A stretch of 64,000 nt of DNA, from the NCBI GenBank assembly GCA_041650315.1, contig JBAZLJ010000002.1:65599-129598 (forward strand), in the 5' to 3' direction. A program made the position numbers and the translations under genes. Position 1 is the stretch's first letter. The number at the start of each line of letters is the position of its first letter. Origin of the DNA: Candidatus Woesearchaeota archaeon (GTDB taxonomy: Archaea; Nanobdellota; Nanobdellia; Woesearchaeales; JAGVYF01). Below the pieces are notes generated by a model that saw only the letters and a program-made list of their open reading frames with translations, was not told the origin of the DNA and did not search any database. This document shows, piece by piece, positions 29,596-38,678 of this stretch.

Positions 29596-29747
29596 TTTTA
29601 GATTAAAATTATCGTTAATATTTAAGCATTATTGTGGTTAGGATGTTTATCTTGCCGTAGCTTTGCCGTAGTTTCTGTTAAACCGATTCAAATAGTTCCC
29701 GTCTCAGTTCTGGTGTATCCGTAAAAACGATTCAAGGAGGATACGCC

Positions 29748-29912
29748 ATGATATGCATAATCTGCAACAAGAAAATCGAAGGCAAGGAAGACATCTGCCA
29801 GGAATGCGATAAACTGATGGATCTCTTCTACAGGAAACATCCAGAAGACAAACCGATGGCATTACAGATGTTCCGGGACGCAAAGGAGGATGAAGATGAA
29901 GGCTGGTATTAA
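29748..29912 (+). CDS. Small zinc-finger protein (54 aa, absent from the ORF track)
   Basis: GGAGG RBS, then MICIICNKKIEGKEDICQECDKL... (CxxC-x10-CxxC). Overlaps the next gene. Confidence 0.7.
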   Translation: MICIICNKKIEGKEDICQECDKLMDLFYRKHPEDKPMALQMFRDAKEDEDEGWY

Positions 29913-30153
29913 ATATTATCTGGCGTGGTTTTGCATTTACCTGCCGATAGCCATGAGCTACAAATATCTGGTCAGGGATGAGATAACCACACTGCTCGGC
30001 ATCATCGTGATAGCATTGGCAGTAATACCAGTATTCCTTGCAGTCTTCAAAGACAGACCTAGACTGGACTTGAACTATTCAAGACCCGGCGAATTCAATG
30101 TGCCAGCTCCAGTCATGAGGACAGCGATAAAAGTAATGGGGTGGGACAAATGA
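29890..30153 (+). CDS. Small two-TM protein
   Basis: GGAGG RBS, coupled to the pilin-like gene. Confidence 0.65.
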   Translation: MKMKAGIKYYLAWFCIYLPIAMSYKYLVRDEITTLLGIIVIALAVIPVFLAVFKDRPRLDLNYSRPGEFNVPAPVMRTAIKVMGWDK

Positions 30154-30485
30154 ACCTGAAAATATTATGGGACACGTTACTGCTCATGATGGTTGTCGGC
30201 ACAGTATTCATGCCCGCCGTCTCCGCAGTGACTTTCACAGGACCGACCGCAAGCGACATCAGCACCTTCAACGACATACTCTCGCCATTGATGAAATTGT
30301 ACAACTTCGTGAAATACGCAGCCACAGTCTTAGCTGTGCTGTATCTCGTATTCGCAGGCATATCTTTCATCATGGCGAGCAATGACCCGAGACAGAGAGA
30401 ATTAACCAAATCAATGGCGAGCTACGTCTTGGTAGGATTGGTAGTAGTCTGGGCTGCGCCGATGATGGTGGAGTATCTGCTGTGA
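30150..30485 (+). CDS. VirB2/TrbC-like pilin
   Basis: Signal peptide plus two hydrophobic helices separated by SNDPRQRELTK, upstream of VirB6/VirB4. Confidence 0.75.
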   Translation: MNLKILWDTLLLMMVVGTVFMPAVSAVTFTGPTASDISTFNDILSPLMKLYNFVKYAATVLAVLYLVFAGISFIMASNDPRQRELTKSMASYVLVGLVVVWAAPMMVEYLL

Positions 30486-31390
30486 GAAAACTTATTTTTC
30501 TCTTATTTTTTGTACTACTCATCATACCATCAGCTTATGCTTCAAGCAACAGCGATTGGTGGGATGTCGTGGACGAGTTCTATGACATCGCAGACTACTT
30601 CATCGAGAAGATTGTCGAGTTCATGTTCGCTTTGATACAAGGTGCGACAAGACCATTCCTATCATTGATTGAAACATTGCTAAAATCCGAAGTATCTATC
30701 ACCCCTTTTCAGAGCCTATGGCGTTCATTGGCGTACGTCGTCAGTATGTTCTACGGCTTGCTTTTCCTTTACGCAGGATTGCAGTTCATCACCTCCGGCA
30801 ATGATCCAGCGAAACGGACAGATGCAAAGACGTGGCTCAAGAATACATTTGTGATGATTGTCCTAGTCCAAGCTTCGTACTATCTTTACCAACTGACAAT
30901 GCAGATATCATCAGCTCTGACAACAGCGATACTGAAAAAGTGCTGGGTAAGCTTTTTCACGATAACCTATGACGTTTTCACTAATCTCAGCATGGAGTAT
31001 ATGTTCATCACGTTGTATATCATAATCCTGCTAGTTACAATCCTATTGTTGGCAATCCGTTACATCTTCGCATCAATCGGCGTAGTCTTTGCCCCGATAG
31101 GAATCTTTCTCAGCTTCATCCCACCATTGCAGAGCTATGGCAAATTGATAATCAACAGCCTAGGAATAATGGCGTTCATCCCATTCGTCGATGCAATCAT
31201 CATCCTCGCATCATCGCAGTTATTATTCACGCCAGTCTTTTCAAGCATGCAGATTCTGGTCAAGATAGTGGCGTTTTTGATAATCGATTTCTCCACAATC
31301 ATGCTCTTCAGATTGGCAGTCACCAAATCCGCATTCGATTCAGTCACAGGCGGAGTCACAAAAGTGATCAAATACGCATCATTGCTCTAA
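30482..31390 (+). CDS. VirB6/TrbL-like polytopic membrane protein
   Basis: About 7 TM segments, located between the pilin and VirB4. Confidence 0.65.
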   Translation: MRKLIFLLFFVLLIIPSAYASSNSDWWDVVDEFYDIADYFIEKIVEFMFALIQGATRPFLSLIETLLKSEVSITPFQSLWRSLAYVVSMFYGLLFLYAGLQFITSGNDPAKRTDAKTWLKNTFVMIVLVQASYYLYQLTMQISSALTTAILKKCWVSFFTITYDVFTNLSMEYMFITLYIIILLVTILLLAIRYIFASIGVVFAPIGIFLSFIPPLQSYGKLIINSLGIMAFIPFVDAIIILASSQLLFTPVFSSMQILVKIVAFLIIDFSTIMLFRLAVTKSAFDSVTGGVTKVIKYASLL

Positions 31391-31391
31391 T

Positions 31392-34300
31392 ATGTCCTAC
31401 GAAATCCCTGCGGAACTTGAATACAAAGAGATAATCATGTTCGGACTTACATTCATGCAGTTGCTCTACGCAATGGTTTTCCTAGTGCCTATTGCCATCA
31501 TCCTGAAATCCGGCATCGATTACACAATCCAGGCAGTCATCATCGCATTGCTCGTCGGAATCGCTCTCATGTTCATGTTCTTCAATCTCACAGAGAAGCT
31601 CAAGGAGATGTGGCAATACATGAAGCTGAAGACCAAGTACCAAAGATACCTAGAGACTGACCAGAAAGTCGCCGTCCTAAAGATAAAGCCGATTAATTTC
31701 ACGATAAAGACTGACGAGGAGAAGCAAGTCATCATCAAGACGTTCAGGAAATTCCTTAACTCGTTGAACTTTCCGATACAGATACTCATCAAGACAGAGC
31801 CGTTGCTATTGGACAATTATCTGAACCAACTGCATAAGAAATCCTTGAATAAGGAGCTGGTCGCTGGCATGAAGAAACATCTTAGCGAGACTCTGAGTGA
31901 TAAAGTCTTGAACAAGACGTTCTACATAATCATCCCAGAGAAAACCGGATTGGAGAAAAGGCAGTGCATCGAGAAGCTCAAAGACCTCAACCTCAAAGTC
32001 GATGAAGCCAAACTGCCTGCAGAGAAATATTACAAAATCGATATAACGTCGGCAGACTTCAAGATAAAGCAATACCATACGATAATAGCGGTCAGAGGCT
32101 ATCCGAGATTTGTCGAATCCGGATTCCTCGACAAAGTAGTAACTTCGCAGGGCTATTTCGATATAAGCATCCATATCGAGCCGGATTCGATTGAGCATAC
32201 CATGGTCACGCTCAATAAAGAGTTGCAGAAACAGAAAGCCGATCTCTATTCTGCCGAACTCAAAGGCGTAGTATCGCCATCTCTCGAAATCAAGTACAAA
32301 GACACAAAGAGCATCCTTGAGCAGTTGCATAAAGGCGAAGAAAAGCTGTTCAATGTTTCAGTCTATGTCGAATGCAGAGCATCGACCAGAGAAGAACTGA
32401 GAGACCTTGTGGCGAAAATCCAGTCCGAGCTTAATGCGTTAATGATGGATTCCAAGATTCCTACTTATCGGATGATTCAAGGCTTGAAATCAGTCTTGCC
32501 GTCAGGCATTGATGCGTTGAACATCAAGCGAAACATAACAAGCAACGCCCTTTCGGCATTCTTTCCTTTCACATCCCCATTCCTTGAAATAGATGATGAC
32601 GGCATCTGGCTCGGCTTGAATAAGAACAACATTCCGGTAATAAAAGATGTATTCAAGCAATTCAATCCCAATGGTTGTATCTTAGCATCATCCGGCTCAG
32701 GCAAATCATACACCGCTAAACTAATCATAAGCCGTTATATTTTGAACGGGACTAAAGTCATAGTCATAGACCCCCAATGCGAATATAAGCAACTCGTGAA
32801 GCATTTTAACGGGCAATGCGTTGAGATTAGCAGGACTTCTGAGACCGTGATTAATCCATTAGACCTAGTAGGACACGAATATCCAGACAAACGTCTGTCA
32901 TTGATGGGCTTGATTCCAGTCATGTTAGGCGAACTGACGGAATCGCAGAAATCATTGATGGACAAAGCCATAACCATGGCATACCAAAAGAAGGGCATCA
33001 GCATAGATGAAGCCACATGGAGCAATATGTGTCCCATGATGTCCGATGTGCTCGATGCCCTCAAAACAATGGAAAGAGGGGCAAATACCTTTGAGAAAGT
33101 CTCCATTAAGTCTCTGATGAACAGGGTAGAGATGTATGTCAATGGCGTATTCTGTTTCCTCAATAAGCAGACGAAGCTCGATTTCAACAACAATTTCGTA
33201 TGCTTCGATATATCCAAGATGCCTAAATTAGTGCAACCAGTGATGATGTATCTGATTCTGGACTATGTCTACATGAAGATGAAGGCGGACATAAACCGCA
33301 AACTGCTTGTCATCGATGAAGCATGGACGCTTCTAGGCAGAGCAGAGGATTCCAATTACATATTCGAGATAGTCAAGACTTGCAGGAAATTCAATATGGG
33401 GCTTCTCTTAATCAACCAAGAGGTTGAAGGATTATTGACCTCAAAAGCCGGAAAGTCTGTGCTTGCCAATACATCATACACATTCCTGATGAAACAGAAG
33501 CCTGCTGTCATCAAAGATATCCGAGACACGTTCAATCTCAGCCCTGCAGAAAAAGACTATCTCCTGACTGCTTCCATCGGCGAAGGGCTGTTGATAATCG
33601 GCGATGAGCATACTGAGCTTAAAGTGGTCGCATCTGCTGAAGAGCATAAGCTGATTACAACCAATGCGGATGAACTATTGAAGCTCGAAGCAAATGCTAT
33701 GAACCCTGCTTTCAGGAAGGACGTGGAGATCAAGCTGGACTTGTCCAGCGATGTCTACCGGAAAGCGGATTTGAGCGAGGATGATGTGAAGTATTTGGTT
33801 AGGAACGGATATGCTGAAGAGCAATGCAGAGCGATAGAGGCGAAAAGACAGGAAGCATATCTCGTGAAGAAAAAGAGATGCGAAAGTATGCCCCACGTTT
33901 TCTTAGTTTGGGAGATTGCGAATTATCTAAAAAAGTATACTTCTGAAATCAAAACTACATCAACATCTGTGGCAGATATTATTGTCCAAACGCCAAAGGG
34001 CGAATTCGCTATTGAGATTGAAACGGGCTATTTCTTGAAACACAACAAAGCAGAATTATTTGATAAAGTAAAGGCATTGAATGAAAAGTTCGGCTCAAAT
34101 TGGTGCTTTGTTGTGACTGACAATGATATAAGAAAACAATATAGGCGATTAGGGAGAACATATACACGGATGGATTTATCGAGATTAGTGCAAGAAATTC
34201 CCCTCTCACCCCCTCAAATTCTGGCGTTTAAAGCTTTATCCCCCTCAAACTCTGCGAATTCGCCCGCAGGACTTACCATTCATACAACCAACACGGAGGT

Positions 34301-34484
34301 ATCTAAAATGAACGACCAACAACCTAAGAACGATAAAAACGAACCGACTAAAGAATACAACGATCAACCGATTCTCGAAACGCGAATTAGCTTGAGCAAG
34401 GATGGGAAATATGTCATACACAAGACAATCATCACAGACATAAAACCGATTGCATATATGCAAAAAGTACTGGGCTCAGAATGA
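31392..34484 (+). CDS. virB4: VirB4-like conjugation ATPase with N-terminal PrgI/VirB3-like and C-terminal PD-(D/E)xK-like domains
   Basis: YEIPAELEYKEIIMFGLT plus 2 TM, Walker A ASSGSGKS, VIDPQCEY, Walker B VIDEAW, RKFN, INQ. C-terminal ADII...AIEIETG. Confidence 0.88.
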   Translation: MSYEIPAELEYKEIIMFGLTFMQLLYAMVFLVPIAIILKSGIDYTIQAVIIALLVGIALMFMFFNLTEKLKEMWQYMKLKTKYQRYLETDQKVAVLKIKPINFTIKTDEEKQVIIKTFRKFLNSLNFPIQILIKTEPLLLDNYLNQLHKKSLNKELVAGMKKHLSETLSDKVLNKTFYIIIPEKTGLEKRQCIEKLKDLNLKVDEAKLPAEKYYKIDITSADFKIKQYHTIIAVRGYPRFVESGFLDKVVTSQGYFDISIHIEPDSIEHTMVTLNKELQKQKADLYSAELKGVVSPSLEIKYKDTKSILEQLHKGEEKLFNVSVYVECRASTREELRDLVAKIQSELNALMMDSKIPTYRMIQGLKSVLPSGIDALNIKRNITSNALSAFFPFTSPFLEIDDDGIWLGLNKNNIPVIKDVFKQFNPNGCILASSGSGKSYTAKLIISRYILNGTKVIVIDPQCEYKQLVKHFNGQCVEISRTSETVINPLDLVGHEYPDKRLSLMGLIPVMLGELTESQKSLMDKAITMAYQKKGISIDEATWSNMCPMMSDVLDALKTMERGANTFEKVSIKSLMNRVEMYVNGVFCFLNKQTKLDFNNNFVCFDISKMPKLVQPVMMYLILDYVYMKMKADINRKLLVIDEAWTLLGRAEDSNYIFEIVKTCRKFNMGLLLINQEVEGLLTSKAGKSVLANTSYTFLMKQKPAVIKDIRDTFNLSPAEKDYLLTASIGEGLLIIGDEHTELKVVASAEEHKLITTNADELLKLEANAMNPAFRKDVEIKLDLSSDVYRKADLSEDDVKYLVRNGYAEEQCRAIEAKRQEAYLVKKKRCESMPHVFLVWEIANYLKKYTSEIKTTSTSVADIIVQTPKGEFAIEIETGYFLKHNKAELFDKVKALNEKFGSNWCFVVTDNDIRKQYRRLGRTYTRMDLSRLVQEIPLSPPQILAFKALSPSNSANSPAGLTIHTTNTEVSKMNDQQPKNDKNEPTKEYNDQPILETRISLSKDGKYVIHKTIITDIKPIAYMQKVLGSE

Positions 34485-34543
34485 GCCCACATTATTCTAT
34501 TTTAACATAAAGTATAAATACTCTGATTAAAATTAGGTTAACA

Positions 34544-35716
34544 TTGAAAAAAAGAATTCAAATTTCGGAAATAATGCCGATATTATCTAAAGCGATTAAT
34601 CAAAATAAATTAAGTCCTAATGTCCCTCATTATTATACCAGAATATTTACTTATTTTGATGAAATTGAAATTCCTGAAACATCATTTATGCAGACATTAA
34701 AATCCATATCATCCATCCTTAACGAAATAGATCAACACCACTTTAAAAGTCCAGAAGACTATTTTTTGTATATTATTAGTATTTGTGAACATATTACTTC
34801 AAAGATTTTTCAAAAAAGTATTAATCAAAAGGAGATATATGAAAAATATTCCACTCAATTTAATCAAATCGTAGATTTAATTAAAGAAATATATTCAAAA
34901 TTTGAAGATTCTTTTGCACAATCTCGAACAAATGAATATAATTCTTTCAAGGGGAATAATACTTCTTCCAAAATTGAATTAGAATTTGATTTAACTAGTG
35001 AACTGGACATTAAAAAAGCAATAATCAAAGAATTTGTTCTCCCCTACAAATATGAGATTAAAAAAGATAAAGTAATTAATAGGGGATATGTCCCGATAAT
35101 TTATCAAGGAAAAATAATTTATCAAAGTGAATCCAAATCATTTAGAGGGCACATAATTGAAAATGAAATCACCCCTATGGGATATCCCTTTTATGGAATA
35201 GACATAATTCATCCTAAAAATGAAAATGAGTTTATAGAATTTGTCAATGAATTAATTGCCATATTTAAACATAATATTGAACAGAGAAAGGGATATAAAC
35301 TATTATGGAATGGAACAAAAAGTAAGCCTGAAGAAGAAGTACAAATCTTTTTTGATAATCAAATTATAGAATTAGCCCAAAGAAGAGGCATTGAAGTCTC
35401 TCGAGAAAATGAAACGGGGCGCGGTCCAGTTGATTTTAAGTTTATTGAATCAGTAGAACATAAAGCACATCTTGAAATCAAAAAGGCGTCTAATCCTAAA
35501 TTAATAAAAGGGTTATCTAAACAATTAGTTACTTATTTAAAAGCGGATAAATTAGATATAGGTTTTTATCTAATAATTCAATTTTTTGACAATGAGGATA
35601 AAATTATCAATACGTTTAAACAACAAATTTCAAAATTAAGATTAGATAATAATATAAAGATATTTACTATATTTATTGATGCAAGAAGAAATAAAAAATC
35701 TGCATCAAAATTGTAA
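34544..35716 (+). CDS. Protein with a C-terminal PD-(D/E)xK nuclease domain
   Basis: PEEEVQ...SRENETGRGPVDFKF...LEIKK...QLVTYL. Very AT-rich. Confidence 0.7.
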   Translation: MKKRIQISEIMPILSKAINQNKLSPNVPHYYTRIFTYFDEIEIPETSFMQTLKSISSILNEIDQHHFKSPEDYFLYIISICEHITSKIFQKSINQKEIYEKYSTQFNQIVDLIKEIYSKFEDSFAQSRTNEYNSFKGNNTSSKIELEFDLTSELDIKKAIIKEFVLPYKYEIKKDKVINRGYVPIIYQGKIIYQSESKSFRGHIIENEITPMGYPFYGIDIIHPKNENEFIEFVNELIAIFKHNIEQRKGYKLLWNGTKSKPEEEVQIFFDNQIIELAQRRGIEVSRENETGRGPVDFKFIESVEHKAHLEIKKASNPKLIKGLSKQLVTYLKADKLDIGFYLIIQFFDNEDKIINTFKQQISKLRLDNNIKIFTIFIDARRNKKSASKL

Positions 35717-35717
35717 A

Positions 35718-36707
35718 ATGGCTGAAAAAATAGTTAATCCCGAAACCAAAGAAATAATTATCAAGTGCAGTAGTGATTTAGAATTAAATAGCTATTCTAA
35801 TTTTTACGATGCATTTGGAGATTTAACTATTACTGAAATAGTTAATAATTTTAATATAGTTAGATATAGTTTATTTGAAAGATATTATTTGTCCGATAAA
35901 AGCTTTAAAGAAACAATTAAAGTGATGAAACAAAATATCCTAAAGCTTCAATCGCAATGGGATACTTTTACACCATTAAAACCTAGAATAATTGATATCG
36001 AAGATTTTAATGCGGGATTTAAATTTACTATTATTAAAAATATTAAAAAGAAAATTAAGGATAAATTAGATAATCTAGAGATATCAAGAAAAGGTACGGA
36101 TTTTGCATGTGTTGTTTATATCTATAAAAAAGAAAATAATAAAGTGGGGATTTTATTTTCGAATTATAATTATAGTAATTCTAAATTACTTGATTATCTC
36201 TCTAAAGAATTGGTTGAAAGGCTTATTTTCGAAAATCTTAGGCCTGAGAAATATAAATTAATTGAATTGGTAGATCGTTTAAATAAAGTAATTGGAATTA
36301 AATTTGACCCTGGGTACTTAGTCCCAAAAAAGATTAAAGATAAATTACAAGAACAAGATAAAATTAGATTAATCTCTAATTCTATAAAATTAGAGAAACA
36401 AGAAATTAGATTATTAGATTTAAAATCATTTGAAGAGTTTAATATTCTTATCTCTGATATTAAGAATAAAAAACGTGATATAGAGCAATTAGAGGGGTAT
36501 TTAGATTTAATTCGAATTAAAATTGAATCTTTGGATAAAGGCACTAAAACAGTAATTACGGTTTGGTCAAATAAATTAAATGTTGAAAGTAAAGGGGAAT
36601 TTGTTTATTTAATGGGTTTTTTAAAACAATTATTTTTAAAACAGAAATCAAATCATAAAAAAGAGATTATACAAAAAACAATTAAATCTAGTCTTATCGC
36701 TCATTAA
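35718..36707 (+). CDS. Hypothetical protein (AT-rich, coupled to the nuclease)
   Basis: ATG 2 nt after the previous stop. Confidence 0.65.
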   Translation: MAEKIVNPETKEIIIKCSSDLELNSYSNFYDAFGDLTITEIVNNFNIVRYSLFERYYLSDKSFKETIKVMKQNILKLQSQWDTFTPLKPRIIDIEDFNAGFKFTIIKNIKKKIKDKLDNLEISRKGTDFACVVYIYKKENNKVGILFSNYNYSNSKLLDYLSKELVERLIFENLRPEKYKLIELVDRLNKVIGIKFDPGYLVPKKIKDKLQEQDKIRLISNSIKLEKQEIRLLDLKSFEEFNILISDIKNKKRDIEQLEGYLDLIRIKIESLDKGTKTVITVWSNKLNVESKGEFVYLMGFLKQLFLKQKSNHKKEIIQKTIKSSLIAH

Positions 36708-37030
36708 ATCAAGTTTTATAGTTTAAATTCATATTCCCCCATCTTTTTCTCTCTCTGCACCTTTTCCAAGCATATTTTCTCTTTTCGGCACGTTCTGAAG
36801 TTCATTGTGTTTTCCCTTCCGCATATCTTCACAAGGCATACGATTTGTGGCAAAAGGTCGCTTCTCGGCTAAAACATCATGACTTCCTCTCTGCAAGGCA
36901 CCTCTAGAAAAAATGCATGGAGGTGCATTAAAATGATAGAAAAAGACCATTTTTGCGAATATGAAATAGCTGGAGAACTGATTCTCTGCGGAATATGCGG
37001 TGCAGAGCACCACATTAAGGGTGATGTCCA

Positions 37031-37534
37031 ATGAGGATTGCCATCACCGATTTGAAAGATTACAATGAAGCCATTCTCAGATTCGAATGGCTTAATCTCG
37101 AAAACTGCTCAACTGCAGATGAAATCGGATGTTTCATCAACAGATTCCTTGCAAAACGGAGCAGGGAAACCGGTGAACTCCATGAAGAATGGTTCGTAAC
37201 AGATTACGAAGAATTCGTTGATCTCGGTGAGTATCCTTCTATCGAAGAACTTGCCGAAGCAGCCAAACTTAGCAAACTGCATGGCTGGGAAGCGGTTTCA
37301 GCATATTACGGCTATAACCGCTCCTTTGACGGTTTTGATGATGCTTATTCTGGCATATATGAAAGCGAAGAGGATTTCGCCTATGATATAGCTCACGAAT
37401 GCTATAGCGAGAAAGAACTAGGCAAACTTGAGCTGTATATCGATTGGGGGAAGTACGCTAGAGATTTGTTTATTGGCGATTACTTTAGCGAAAAACTTGA
37501 ATCATTCAAAATTGCAGTATTTAGACGAATTTAG
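37031..37534 (+). CDS. ardA: Antirestriction protein ArdA
   Basis: DLKDYNEAILRFEWL, EEWFVTDYE, GIYESEEDFAYD, YIDWGKYARDL. Highly acidic DNA-mimic pattern. Confidence 0.88.
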   Translation: MRIAITDLKDYNEAILRFEWLNLENCSTADEIGCFINRFLAKRSRETGELHEEWFVTDYEEFVDLGEYPSIEELAEAAKLSKLHGWEAVSAYYGYNRSFDGFDDAYSGIYESEEDFAYDIAHECYSEKELGKLELYIDWGKYARDLFIGDYFSEKLESFKIAVFRRI

Positions 37535-38007
37535 GGCAATGAATATCCTGCATCAAAATAAGCTTGCATATCTGCAGGAACTCTTTGTTTGATTCTTTTT
37601 GAATCTTGTAATTTACCAATTTTAAATCCGTATTCTATTAAATTCCACCAATATTTATTAGAATTAATTCTAGAAACGGGTCCCCAAGCAGTTGAATCTT
37701 CAGTTAGATCTTTCAAATATTCTGGAACTTTATCTGATTTTTTAAATGTGATTCGTAATTCAGGTCCGAATTTATCTACCGAATCTAATTTTCTATAATC
37801 ATCACTAGAAGCTACATCTTCGCCAGATTTAGATTTATATTTAACTTCAAAGGCATCTTCTGATTTTTGAGGTACTTCTGCCCATAATTGAGTTTTTCTT
37901 TTAGAATTTGCTAAATAACCTACTGATTCAAAAAAAGCCTCATCTTTTTTCTTCCAACCTACTGGTTTTTTTAAACTACCATCCGGATTAAATTCATATA
38001 AACCCAT
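37531..38007 (-). CDS. Hypothetical protein (last gene of the RM-like operon)
   Basis: 158-aa ORF starting 8 nt after the previous stop. Confidence 0.7.
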   Translation of the reverse strand: MGLYEFNPDGSLKKPVGWKKKDEAFFESVGYLANSKRKTQLWAEVPQKSEDAFEVKYKSKSGEDVASSDDYRKLDSVDKFGPELRITFKKSDKVPEYLKDLTEDSTAWGPVSRINSNKYWWNLIEYGFKIGKLQDSKRIKQRVPADMQAYFDAGYSLP

Positions 38008-38015
38008 TATTTCAC

Positions 38016-38678
38016 CTATTTAGATAAATATTTAATAAATTCTTCAACTGAATGAACTTCATCATCATCAAAATCAAATGATACCATCTTCTCAATACCG
38101 CCCCTTATTTCGTATTCTTCAGCAATGTAAGTTTTTTTAAGATCTATTTTAATAAAATAAGTTTCTTTTTCTTTATCACAAGTATGGGCTACCCATATAT
38201 CCATTTCAGGATGTTTTTTCATATACTCTATTTTATCCGGTCTTAACCATAATTCCTTACCACAACCGATTTTGCCAGTAACTTCTAAATAAAGAGTCTT
38301 TTTGCCGAATTTCATAATTACATCTGGTCCACCTTTCTCGATTGGATGTTTAAGTATAATTTTAGTGGAATCTGTGCCAAATCCAATATCTTCAAAAGTA
38401 ACACCTTTAATTTTATCTTGAATTAGTGAAAATACTTGTTTTTTTCTTTCTTGTTCTTTTTCCCAAGAATCTTTATATTTTAATTTCCAAACATAATCAA
38501 TAACATCCGAAAGTTTTTTAGTATCTATAACTGAACCCATTTCTAGTTTAATTCCGCTCAAGCGTTCAATATCAGGGGTCCGAGTGATATATGTTGCCTT
38601 AAAGAATTTCCCATCTACATAGATACTAATTCTATCTTTATTGCCCGTCTGAATTCTTATATCAGTTATTTTGCTCAT
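38016..38678 (-). CDS. Putative PD-(D/E)xK endonuclease with a RecX-like N-terminus
   Basis: MSKITDIRIQTGNKDRISIYVDGKF N-terminus, GGPDVIMKFGKKTLYLEVTGK. Confidence 0.6.
   Translation of the reverse strand: MSKITDIRIQTGNKDRISIYVDGKFFKATYITRTPDIERLSGIKLEMGSVIDTKKLSDVIDYVWKLKYKDSWEKEQERKKQVFSLIQDKIKGVTFEDIGFGTDSTKIILKHPIEKGGPDVIMKFGKKTLYLEVTGKIGCGKELWLRPDKIEYMKKHPEMDIWVAHTCDKEKETYFIKIDLKKTYIAEEYEIRGGIEKMVSFDFDDDEVHSVEEFIKYLSK

Noticed and set aside
29650..29735. Short repeats TTGCCGTAG x2 and CGATTCAA x2 upstream of the transfer operon as oriT or iterons
   Set aside because: Too short to distinguish from chance or ordinary operator sites.
36729..37031. 100-aa minus-strand ORF upstream of ardA
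   Set aside because: No motif and atypical composition. More likely the ardA leader or regulatory region.
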